From Octopus vulgaris (taxonomy: Eukaryota): DNA of 64,000 nt. This document shows positions 45,520-56,690 of the stretch, one piece after another. Positions within the stretch are counted from its first letter, which is position 1. Every line of letters begins with the position of its first letter. The DNA is taken from positions 156,302,001-156,366,000 of the forward strand of contig OX597814.1 in assembly GCA_951406725.2 (NCBI GenBank), given 5' to 3'. Below the pieces are notes generated by a model. That model saw nothing but the letters and a program-made list of their open reading frames with translations. It searched no databases and was not told the DNA's origin. Both the position numbers and the translations under genes were made by a program.

Positions 45520-46481
45520 ACACACACACACACACACATACACACATACACACACACATATATTGGGGAAAATACATACCACACAATAATGCACAGTGAA
45601 AATAGCACGGAATGATTTAGAACAGGAAGTATTTTGCATCTCAAATGGTCTCTGTTGCATTAAGACAATGTTATTTTAATACTAACCATAGCAAAGATTT
45701 TGAAATAATGTTATAAAAACAGTTTTAGTTTTAAGCTCAAACAGTGAAATAACATTAAATTAGTACCAACTGCAACATACATTCATTTTCATTCAAATGA
45801 CCACATTAAATATAAATCACATTATAATTCTACAACAAAATTACCTTATTACATTGTCAGCTATAGATTATATCATGTTTGATATTAATCAAATTTTTAT
45901 GTTAACCAATGTGTAACGTTTAATATAATAATTCTCGTATGGAGACTGTATATGTCTGTGACTGGGTCAGGAATCAATGTTGTTAATATAACTGATTTTT
46001 TATAGTATACTGTCAAGTCATCGAATTATTTCTATGCTGATGGTATTTTGGTTTTCTTTTTTTTTTATTCATTTATTCATGTATTTTTTATTGTTATATC
46101 TTTGTTTGCCTTCAGTGCTTATAATCAGTAATTACTCATGATAGAAATTAGTGTATCTGATGGTTTCGAATCAATTTTATAGACAGAGTAAGAAAAGCGG
46201 AACAAAAAATATACGATACAAAAATTGGTGGTGAACCAAATAAATACACATTAAATATCTCTGTGGAACTGAAAACTAATGGTGGATAAGCATGTATTAT
46301 CAACTTTTATTATTACTGTATGGAACATCGATAATTCAGCAACATTTCAGTAAAAGTTATTAAAATACATATGCTTACAGAACATTAAAATATACAAATA
46401 CAAACACACATTCACAAATATACTTATACCATTAATCACAGTATACATATACCATTTTGTTGCACACATACTCACACAAAC

Positions 46482-46569
<88 letters not shown>

Positions 46570-46658
46570 TGACAGACATACAGACGGATAGATAGGTAGA
46601 TAAATATGATGATGATGATGATGATGATCATGATGATGATGATGATCATGATCATGAT
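46482..46658. repeat. (TAGA)n and (GAT)n compound microsatellite
   Basis: Direct reading. Confidence 0.9.
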
Positions 46659-46659
46659 G

Positions 46660-47893
46660 AGAACATGGAGAACCACACTGATTTTGAACAGTGACAATGA
46701 ATCTTTCTATGCTGGAGATGTAAGAATTTCATGTACCATTTTCGAGGGTGACTCTTTTGTCTAGCCTTAATACCTCTCTTGAAATTGCTCAATGATGTAC
46801 AATACTGTTATTAAAATTTTGATAAAAATATAAATCATCTCTTTTACAGGGATGATTTAAAGCTCTTTGCAAAAAATTACCAACAACTACAGGGCTTATT
46901 AGCAATTGTTAAATATTTCTGTAATGACATGAGCATGGAATTTCGCCTCGATAAATGTGCGAAAGTTACATCTAACAGAAGGAAAATGACAGAAACGTTC
47001 AACGATAATCTTGACCAACAGAATGTCATAAAGGTGTTAGAACCAGCAGAGAGCTACAAATACCTAGGGATAATTGAAGGGAACGGAATCAAACATGCAG
47101 TGATGAGGGAAAGGGTCAGAAGAGAATTTTATCGCAGGTTGGGAGCAATACTGACGACAGAGATGAATGCAAGAAACAGAATCGAAGCAAGCAGTGCTTT
47201 AGCCATACCAGTAGTGACTAACAGTTTCAATAGCATTAACTGGTCAACTACTGAAATATGTAATCTTGACAGAAAGATACGAAAATTGTTGGCAATTCAT
47301 AGAATGCACCAGCCTAGGATAGATATGGAACGACATTACCTGCCAAGAAAAGAGGATGGCAATGGACTTTTACAACTGGAACTAACAATGAAGATTGCCA
47401 CAATTGACTTGAGCACCTAACTTGAAAAACTCTGATGACTGGAAGTCAAAACATGAAAAGAAGAAAATATTATATTCAGCAACAAAACAGGCAAAGAAAT
47501 ATCTAAGTGAATTCCAAATACAACAAATCCCAGAATTAGACGTAATGGAAACAAGCATAGAAAAAGTTAAGCGAAAATCCTGTGCTAAAACTGCCGCCTT
47601 AGATATTCTTATTGATAAATGATAAGAAAAACCTCTCAATGGCAAATACCCAAAGAGAGCTGATAATGCCGATGTTGACGAAGCCTTTATCTATCAATGG
47701 TTAGTGACTTTTGGCTGAAAATCAGAGACAGATGGGTTTATCATAGGAGCCCAAGATCAATTCCTACCTACAAGGAGCTACGAGGCCAACATATTAAAGA
47801 ACGGCAGCAGCCCAACATAACGTGTATGTAAACAACAAAATGAAACCATCGATCATGTTGTCTCTATGTGCAGTCGTCTTGCACCTACAGACA
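46660..47893 (+). mobile_element. R4/Dong-like (RLE-type) non-LTR retrotransposon fragment
   Basis: TIFEGDS, INHLFYRDDLKLFAK, MEFRLDKCA, YKYLGI, LDRKIRKLL, YLPRKEDGNGL, LKSETDGFIIGAQDQ and the zinc-knuckle remnant RVCKQQNETIDHVVSMC. Confidence 0.85.
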
Positions 47894-47894
47894 G

Positions 47895-48380
47895 CTTTTG
47901 TGAAAGATGTCTAGTTGGTTTAATGTGTCGTTTTTAGGGTATCCACAATTCTGAGACATACAAGAGAGTAGTTAAAATGGCTGCTTTATAGTCCTGTAAT
48001 TTGGTGTCAAATTTGATGCCCCTTTCATTCCTTAGACGATGATGGAGTTTGCCAAATGCGATGGTTGTCTCTGTAAGACGGTTGACGAATTCATCGTCAA
48101 TGGAAGCATTCGAAGTCACTTTACAACCAAGATGTGTAAACGACTTCGCATAATTTAGGTTTTTCCCATCAACTTGTATAGGAGTATCAAGAAAATTGTG
48201 AACCGGTGGCCTCTGCTTGAGACTTCGAATTTGTTTAGGAGTAGGGCAAGGTTGGTGAGTTACTTCTGTCTTCTTTATGCTGATGATCAAACCAAAGGCT
48301 TTACGTGCAGCAGAGAACCGGTCTAGAAGTTCCTGAGCTTCCTCTAAGGAGGTCGCTACTAGTGCAGCAGCATCTGCGAA
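47895..48380 (-). mobile_element. RTE-clade (BovB-like) RT C-terminal fragment
   Basis: FADAAALV..LDRFSAARKAFGLIISIKKTEV..FTHLG..AFGKL..TKLQDYKAAILTTLLY.SELW. Confidence 0.85.
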
Positions 48381-48383
48381 AAT

Positions 48384-48433
<50 letters not shown>

Positions 48434-48434
48434 T

Positions 48435-48961
48435 AATAAATATAAGAGAGTGGTCACTATATGACTCACTCTAGCACTAGTAAATCCAAAAGGTTTCAAC
48501 CACAAAAATACATGTTTCCCATGAAAGTCAGTACGATTGTTAGCTCACACGAACAGGGCAAATAAAAAATAACAAAAATACAGATTATTTTGGGACAATT
48601 GTTTCGCTATTAATGAATTAAATGTAATTTTACTCACAAAAAATTACATTTAATTCATTAATAGCGAAACAATTGTCCCAAAATAATCTGTATTTTTGTT
48701 ATTTTTTATTTGCCCTGTTCGTGTGAGCTAACAATCGTACTGACTTTCATGGGAAACATGTATTTTTGTGGTTGAAACCTTTTGGATTTACTAGTGCTAG
48801 AGTGAGTCATATAGTGACCACTCTCTTATATTTATTTTTGTATAAAATATTATAATATATTATAAAATATTATAATAATCCAGGTTTCTCGGGGCACTGG
48901 GCCACTTGGTGTTGAATAGATATACTATTAAATTAGTATCTAATTCTCTCACCCTTATTAA

Positions 48962-48967
<6 letters not shown>
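48435..48967. mobile_element. (TA)n-flanked fold-back element: 197-bp perfect arms (48435-48631 / 48640-48836), 8-nt spacer, 3' tail
   Basis: Arms read as exact reverse complements. Each carries the 3' half of a hammerhead (GAAAC AAUU GUC at 48666-48677). Confidence 0.9.
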
Positions 48968-48996
<29 letters not shown>

Positions 48997-48999
<3 letters not shown>

Positions 49000-50674
49000 C
49001 ATATTATACGACTAAACGCACGCACCCTATTAAGTAAGATTGTTCTGTTTATCAAGTTCGCCTTGATATTAACTCTCACGCGACTCTGCCTCTTTCTTTC
49101 TTTCTCTCCCATTCCCTTTTTCGTCCTTTTTCCCTCACTTAACTTGTCTCTTCCTCTCTCTCTCCCCCTCACTGTTCTTCATGGTCTCCTCGCACCATTC
49201 CCCTTCTTCTCTCTCTTCCTCTTGCTCCTCCTCCCCATTCCCGTCGTCCATCTGCGACGTACTTCCGTCGTAACTGCTTTCCTGTCTTTCCTCACCTGCC
49301 TTCTAAGGCCACTGGTCGACATCTTCCTCTCTCGTCGTCCACTATAATCCAGCGTTTGCAATACTTTTTTCGTCTGGCGTTAACAGCCCTTCTTATCTTG
49401 TTCTCCTTGTCCTGTCTCTCACTGTTATATATTTATTTTTCCACTGTTTATATATATATTTTTTACTGTTTATATGTTTGTACTGTCGTTACCGTCTTGC
49501 CTTTTTTTTTTTTTTTACCCCTCCGCGACAAGATCTCAGAATTTTAATTGATTTGCTTGTCTCGGGAAGGAATTTTTCATTCGAAGTATACGTCTCGCTT
49601 TTATCCTTCGAAACGTTTAGTAGATGAAACTTTAGCGACTGAAGAAGGGGATTTTTCGTTGTGCTTATTGTCCTGTATCTCCTTTTTTTGCTTGTCTTGT
49701 TCCTTGGTTTGTGTCTATGTTTTTCGTCTCTCTATGTGTTCGACGTCCTTTTGGTGTCCTGTACACATATATGCGTGTATATGTACATGTAGAGGTAGGT
49801 ACGTACATACATGTTTATATATATGCATATATTTTATTAACATATTATACGACTAAACGCACGCACCCTATTAAGTAAGATTGTTCTGTTTATCAAGTTC
49901 GCCTTGATATTAACTCTCACGCGACTCTGCCTCTTTCTTTCTTTCTCTCCCATTCCCTTTTTCGTCCTTTTTCCCTCACTTAACTTGTCTCTTCCTCTCT
50001 CTCTCCCCCTCACTGTTCTTCATGGTCTCCTCGCACCATTCCCCTTCTTCTCTCTCTTCCTCTTGCTCCTCCTCCCCCATTCCCGTCGTCCATCTGCGAC
50101 GTACTTCCGTCGTAACTGCTTTCCTGTCTTTCCTCACCTGCCTTCTAAGGCCACTGGTCGACATCTTCCTCTCTCGTCGTCCACTATAATCCAGCGTTTG
50201 CAATACTTTTTTCGTCTGGCGTTAACAGCCCTTCTTATCTTGTTCTCCTTGTCCTGTCTCTCACTGTTATATATTTATTTTTCCACTGTTTATATATATA
50301 TTTTTTACTGTTTATATGTTTGTACTGTCGTTACCGTCTTGCCTTTTTTTTTACCCCTCCGCGACAAGATCTCAGAATTTTAATTGATTTGCTTGTCTCG
50401 GGAAGGAATTTTTCATTCGAAGTATACGTCTCGCTTTTATCCTTCGAAACGTTTAGTAGATGAAACTTTAGCGACTGAAGAAGGGGATTTTTCGTTGTGC
50501 TTATTGTCCTGTATCTCCTTTTTTTGCTTGTCTTGTTCCTTGGTTTGTGTCTATGTTTTTCGTCTCTCTATGTGTTCGACGTCCTTTTGGTGTCCTGTAC
50601 ACATATATGCGTGTATATGTACATGTAGAGGTAGGTACGTACATACATGTTTATATATATGCATATATTTTATT

Positions 50675-50681
<7 letters not shown>
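48997..50681. repeat. Near-perfect head-to-tail dimer (841 + 836 bp) inside (TA)n
   Basis: Units start taacatat at 48997, 49838 and 50674. The only differences I see are homopolymer lengths. Confidence 0.92.
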
Positions 50682-50714
<33 letters not shown>

Positions 50715-50719
<5 letters not shown>

Positions 50720-51160
50720 GAAAACATTATAGAAATAACACGTGTCTCATCCTTACAAATTATAATTTTTCGAATCCACCGCGCAAGCGCAGTTTCAATC
50801 GGCAGCAAATAAAAATTACGATTGAACTTCAGAAATTGCTAGAATCATTTCTTAAATGTATATAGGGTACATAAAAATTATAGAAATATTTTTCTACCAG
50901 TGGCCTAGTATGTATACAAAGGTCAATAGACATATTGTGCATATAACAATTAGTGTACATTTATACACAAAGAGGCAAGCTTTTAACAGGTTCCCTAACA
51001 TATTGGTCCGGCTGTAAAACATGGTAAATGTTTTTATTTTTCATTCCCTTCGAAATAGCTCTTAACTGTTGTTTGGACTCTTTGACTGTTTTTTCTAGTA
51101 TGTCAGGCAACCTGTTAAAGGCTTGCCTCGTTGTGTATAGATGTACACTAATGTACATAT
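50715..51160. mobile_element. Second member of the 9813-10450 family, with a different inversion point
   Basis: 50737-50850 matches the reverse complement of 10206-10318; 50855-50990 matches 9817-9952; 51022-51120 matches the reverse complement of 9942-10041. Internal inverted repeat 50951-50992 / 51109-51150. Confidence 0.8.
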
Positions 51161-51608
51161 ATCCACATATGTATGTATGTATGTATGTATGTATCATTAT
51201 GATATATCAGATTTACAATAAAGAAGCCTTTGGTTTTTTTTAGGAAAACAACGCCATTCCATATCATTTCCTTTACAGTATAACTAAGAGTGGAGGAGAA
51301 ACGTTCAAGTCAGACTGTAAAGTTATCGCTGAAACATTTTTGGCTTGTGTTGCTACCTCTCATCTCCAGAGCGGGAAATTTTATCTGTGATAGGTTGATG
51401 CCCGTTTAAGGAAAAGCGTTATTAAATTCAAACTAAATTAAACGTCATTCTCTAAAGTAGGGGTCCATAACCATCAGCCAGTGGAACAGTAACAGACTGT
51501 GGGTCATTTGGTATCTGGCTGCACAGAAAGAATAAATTTTAAAATATTATTTCTAATTTATTGGCTTTCGCTGTCTGCAATTTTTTTTATGCATTATATA
51601 TGTAATGT

Positions 51609-51915
51609 GAAGGCGTAATGGCCCAGTGGTTAGGGCAGCGGAATCGCGGTCATAGGATCGTGGTTTCGATTCCCAGAGCGGGCATTGTGAGTTTTTATTG
51701 AGCGAAAACACCTAAAGCTCTACGAGGCTCCGAAAGGGGGGGGGGCATCTCTGCTGTACTCTTTCGTCACAACTTTCTCTCGCTGTTTCTTCTGTTGGCC
51801 TGCTTGCTTAGCCAGCGGGGTGGCGTCATTTGAAGGCCAAAACAATGCGAAGCGTATTGTGACCAGCGATATGCAGCAACATCTGATAGCCTGGTCGGTC
51901 ACGGTGAACACGGTG
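51609..51915 (+). mobile_element. tRNA-headed SINE (family D)
   Basis: A box TGGCCCAGTGG, B-box-like GTTTCGATTC, unique body, end cacggtgaacacggtga. Confidence 0.8.
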
Positions 51916-51922
51916 ATATATG

Positions 51923-51957
<35 letters not shown>

Positions 51958-51959
<2 letters not shown>

Positions 51960-52376
51960 TAATAAAATAGGGTCATTATAAATTATTATTACCAGTGGCT
52001 TAGCACAAAAAACGAATTAGTCATTAGATTATATATTATTCATATAGAAATACAATAAGAGGCTTCCAAATAGGAAAGCGTTGTGCTAGAACACAAAAAG
52101 GGATAAATTCACGAAAGGAATGAAAATTAAAAGCATTTACCATCTCAACTATATCCCAGGCCGTTAGCTCTACATGTGGATCTAGCAGTCTGTACGCCAG
52201 GATTATGAAGGCTGTCCCACTGAAGAAACTTGCCTTCAGCAAATATTTTTGCTGGAAATAGAAACCGTCCGTCTGGGATATAGTTGAGATGGTAAATGTT
52301 TTTAATTTTCATTCCTTTCCTGAATGTATCCCTTTTTTGTGTTCTAGCACAACACTTTCCTATTTGGAAGCCTCTT

Positions 52377-52382
<6 letters not shown>
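51958..52382. mobile_element. (TA)n-flanked fold-back element with hammerhead; related to the 9813 family
   Basis: Arms ~52041-52159 / 52273-52382. Shares ggtaaatgttttta.ttttcattcc and accagtggc motifs with 9813-10450. Confidence 0.8.
52214..52279 (+). ncRNA. Type I hammerhead ribozyme motif
   Basis: GUCCCA CUGAAGA ..UCAGCAAA/UUUGCUGG.. GAAA CCGUCCG UC UGGGAU, with a GUC triplet; the base of stem II is imperfect. Confidence 0.7.
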
Positions 52383-52442
<60 letters not shown>

Positions 52443-52445
<3 letters not shown>

Positions 52446-52702
52446 TGAAATGGATAAATGAATTATCTTGTTAAGGATTATTCAAAATTTAACCGATACC
52501 TGGGTAGCAAAAATCACAACAGAAAAAACACGGTTGAAGTTACGACCTTGGGGTGGATAATTGAAGTTTAATATATTTAGTGAAGGGAAGAAATGGAGCT
52601 GAACGAAGATTGTACAGAATTCCTTTTATTATTTTCTACACATGTTTCAAAGGCCGCAAATTTCCAAATTCGGACTGAATAAGGAGACCATTTTGCAGCT
52701 TT
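52443..52702 (-). mobile_element. HHR-element of the 11800-12142 family, 5'-truncated at the ribozyme core
   Basis: Minus strand starts AAAGCUGCAAA..UUUGCGGCCUUU GAAA CAUGUG UA GAAAA, followed by the homologous tail. Confidence 0.75.
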
Positions 52703-52719
52703 ATATATATATATATATA

Positions 52720-52951
52720 CACACCGGAGTAAACACATAAATGTGAAACAAGGTGGAAAAAAGAGTACTCAAATACCAGTGGTAGAGTAATATGCTTTAT
52801 TTAAAGCAACAGAAAATTCAACAAAACCTGTTACTCTGAGTTTCCCGTTGCTGTTCATCGGACAGATTTTTCTAGCAAAAACTGTCCGATGAATGGCAAC
52901 GGGAAACTCAGAGTAACAGGTTTTGTTGAATTTTCTGCTGCTTTAAATAAA

Positions 52952-52956
<5 letters not shown>
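52720..52956. mobile_element. (TA)n-flanked fold-back element (palindrome ~52791-52956)
   Basis: Imperfect palindrome centred on ctag (52872-52875); unique tail at 52720-52790. Confidence 0.85.
52882..52919 (+). ncRNA. Minimal hammerhead motif with CCGAUGA core; mirror copy at 52828-52865 (-)
   Basis: CUGU CCGAUGA auggcaacgg GAAA CUCAGAG UA ACAG. Same stem III as 6015-6077; stem II is weak. Confidence 0.6.
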
Positions 52957-53004
<48 letters not shown>

Positions 53005-53007
<3 letters not shown>

Positions 53008-53565
53008 CTTAGAATAAATAACTTAGAAAGATTTTGGCCAGTATTGGCCCAGGCCATGTGTAACTTAATAGCACTACCTGGCGAAGTCTTTCAATTCAGG
53101 ATTTGGGCACCGAGGCCCATTCGAGCAGAGAGTTATTGTTTGCGGAGACATATCCGGTGTGGGTGGTTTGTCCGGGACTGTTTGAAGGAATTTGTCGAAA
53201 GACTTCTTAAATTTTGTGTGGTCAGTTTCTTTTTTGACGTGTCCTGGTGTAATATTGAAGAGAGCGGGTCCAATTAAGGTGGAATAGTTGTGCCGTATTG
53301 TCGTTATGTGATGCGATTTAGATTTTTGTTGTGGATGGATGGCACGTGGTCCAAGCTCTGGATTTATTTTGAAGGTGATGCCAACATCATTCGGACAGTG
53401 CTGATGGAATATTTTCCACATCATACAGATAATGTAGCGTTCACGGCGTCGTTGGAGTGAATGTAGTTTCAGCTTCTCTAGTCTACCCCAGTAGTCAAGG
53501 TCTGACATGCCATCTATCATTTTTGTGATTGACCTTTGGGGAGCTTCAATTCTCATAATATTTTG
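53005..53565 (-). mobile_element. CR1/L2-group LINE 3' end
   Basis: IEAPQRSITKMI..YWGRLEKLKLHSLQRRRERY..GPALFN..FKKSFDKFLQTVPDKP, then a short UTR ending in ttctaagtta repeats. Confidence 0.85.
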
Positions 53566-53568
53566 TTT

Positions 53569-53617
<49 letters not shown>

Positions 53618-53632
53618 TATATGTAACAATTG

Positions 53633-53910
53633 TGTGGCCGCATGGCGCGGTATTTATGATGTTGCATGCGAGATTGTGGTTTCAATTCTTGGACTAGTGG
53701 TGCGTTATGATCTTGAGCAAAACACTTACCTAATGTTGTTCTACGATCACTTCAACACCTGATGTGTGGTACACTGTGCACTTCTTCAGGCAACATTGTG
53801 TTGATTGGGGTGGGAATGAGCAAATGTACAGCACATACATATGATCACTATACATACATCATTTGTGCATGTCGTTCAGCAAAAGATTGTTGCAGAACCA
53901 TTATTCTTAG
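53633..53910 (+). mobile_element. tRNA-headed SINE, diverged
   Basis: tggcgcggt..gtggtttcaattc..tcttgagcaaaacactt, a head and core similar to family C. Confidence 0.6.
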
Positions 53911-54129
53911 TCGACAAAAGACTACCATCATATGTAATAATTATATTATATTATGCGCGTTATTGTGTTTTGTTATACACATCACCCGCTGATCCGTGGG
54001 CAAAATTACCTTACGTTTAACCCGGCCTGTGGAGTCCGCTGCTGTAAGCATGCGACCTTCTGAAAAAGCATAAATACAGAATGAAAATACAAAGGGGAAA
54101 TGAAATACTTTTTGAGACTTTTAAACATA

Positions 54130-55419
54130 CGAGGGGCATTCAATAAGTAATGCCCCTGATCCACTTGTAGTTGTTCGATCTAGCTGGAATTTTGCATGTG
54201 CACTTACTTATATCTCTATAGATTAAGTGGCAAATTACAGCTCTAAACTAATTGTGGTTTCTGATTTACAGGTGTTTGAACTGAGTCAAGTGTGAAATGG
54301 AGTCTATTGAATGTCGAGCAGTGATCCGGTTTTTGTATTTGAAAGGACGCACACCACGGGAGACTTTTGATGAAATGAAAGTAACTTATTGTGATAATGC
54401 CCCATCATATGACCTTGTAAAACGCTGGCATCGTGAATTCAAACATGGTTGGAACTCTGTGGAAACAGCTCCCAGATCTGGTCGCCCCCTTTTGCGATTG
54501 ATGAGGCATCTGTCCGTCAAGTTGAGGCTGCCATTTTGGAAGATCGACGCATAACTATGCGCAAAATAGCCCATGAGGTCAAGATTAGTACCGGGTCTGT
54601 GGAAACTATCATTCATGACCATTTGCATATGCAAAAGGTTTTCTGCCAGATGGATTCCCAGGTTGCTCACATCTTTCCAGAAACAAGAACGCGTCGATTG
54701 CTCGAGGATGAATTTGGAGATGTGCCAAGAAGATGAGTCAAAATTTTTCAAAAGACTGATTACGCAGGATGAAACTTGGGTCCATCACTATGATCCAGAG
54801 ACCAAAGCCCAGTCAATGCAGTGGAAGCACCGTGACTCCCCTCCTCCAAAGAAGGCAAGGGTGCAGCCCTCTGCTGGCAAGGTCATGCTCAGTCTTCTGG
54901 GACCAGGACGGAGTAGTGATGACAGATTTCCTGGCAAATCGTGCCACAATTACAGGAGCCTATTATGCTTCACTTTTGAGGAAATTAAGAGAAGCTATCA
55001 AAATCAAGAGGCGGGGCAAGATCAGCAAAGGCATCCTCCTCCTGCAGGACAACGCTCCAGTCCACAACTCGCGTGTCGCCAGATCAGAAGCACAGGCGTG
55101 CGGCTATGAACTCCTCCCCCATCCCCCTACTCTTCTGACCTTGCACCTACTGATTTTCACCTCTTCCCAAACATGAAGTTGTTTTTGAAAGGAAAGTGTT
55201 TCCCAGATGATGCAGCCTTGATTTCTGAAGTCACGTCGTGGCTGGAGGACCAAGCTGGTGTCTTCTACAGAAACGGTCTTCAGAGCTGCATCAAACGATG
55301 GGAGAAATGTGTAACTCTGGGTGGTTCCTATGTAGAAAAAGACTAATAACTGTGCCAAGTTTCGTTGCTCTACTGCTATGGGAAGTGGGTCAGGGGCATT
55401 ACTTATTGAACGCCCCTCG
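54130..55419 (+). mobile_element. Full-length mariner (1290 bp) with TA target duplication
   Basis: Left TIR cgaggggcattcaataagtaatgcccctgatccactt matches the right end aagtgggtcaggggcattacttattgaacgcccctcg; TA at 54128-54129 and 55420-55421. Confidence 0.95.
54297..55346 (+). pseudogene. Mariner transposase (DD34D type) broken by ~4 frameshifts
   Basis: MESIECRAVIRFL, RSGRP, WIPRLL, DETWVHHYDPE, FWDQDGV, QDNAPVH, DLAPTDFHLFP and YVEKD* are spread over several frames. Confidence 0.92.
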
Positions 55420-55822
55420 TACATGTATTATAGAATAAGGGATATGCACCAAAATTTTCGAGCACTCGACACGGATTCATTTCTTCATTCAAGAACTCTA
55501 AAGTCTATTTCATTGCTAATACTCATGAAATTCTCATAATCTTATTTATACCCAACTATAAATGGGATGCTTTGTACCTTACATAAGAAATCGATAGTGC
55601 ATTTCATTGGATAGAGAACGAAATAACTTCTTAAATGCAATCCTTCTTTGTATCTGATGTAATCCTACCGTATTTAGAAACCATTGACAAGACGAATCTA
55701 GGGATATTGGTTCATTCCGTTCAATCTTATGCACGCACACACACACACATACACACATATATATATATATATATATAATTATATATGCACACATATACAT
55801 TTATATATACACATATATATAC

Positions 55823-55894
<72 letters not shown>

Positions 55895-55957
55895 GTACAT
55901 ATGCATACATATTCATATATATATACATACATTTACATATATATATATATAAGTGTG

Positions 55958-55991
<34 letters not shown>

Positions 55992-56558
55992 CACACACAC
56001 ACATATATATATACTTATGTATGTATGTATATATATATATATATATATTTATATATGTATATATGTATGTATGTATGTATGCATGCATGTATGTATGCAT
56101 GTATGTATGTATGTCCACACAAATACAGACGTAGTGAAGTTTTTCAAGTGGTCTTATATGAAACTCTCTGTATATTGTCTTTTTCTCTTCAATGTCTCTC
56201 TCTTTCTACCCCCTCTCTCTCTTACTCCCTCTCTCTCTTTCTCTCTCTTTTCTCTCTTTCTCTCTCTTCTCTCTCTTTTCCATCATACACATTCGCACAC
56301 ACAAATAAACTTAGCTTTATGCACCGTTCGTTGGAGGAGAGCAATTCTTCAAAGTAAAATGTACTCGTTTACGTGCCGTTTGCGTCGGTAATATACAATT
56401 CATTTGTGTAACGAAAGACATTTCTGTAATTTGAAGTAAATCTCTCCTGCTTTCCTTTCCATTGTATGGTAAATCTGAAAGATCTCATAATTCCATACAA
56501 ACATAGAGATGAGATGCAGAGTAGTATATGAACAGTCAATTTTACATAATCAACAAAA

Positions 56559-56612
<54 letters not shown>

Positions 56613-56645
56613 CATATATATACACACATATATATATACATATCC

Positions 56646-56690
<45 letters not shown>

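Noticed and set aside
49063-50812. Duplicated ORFs in the 841-bp dimer
   Set aside because: Low-complexity CT-rich translations whose frame changes with homopolymer length; no recognisable domain.
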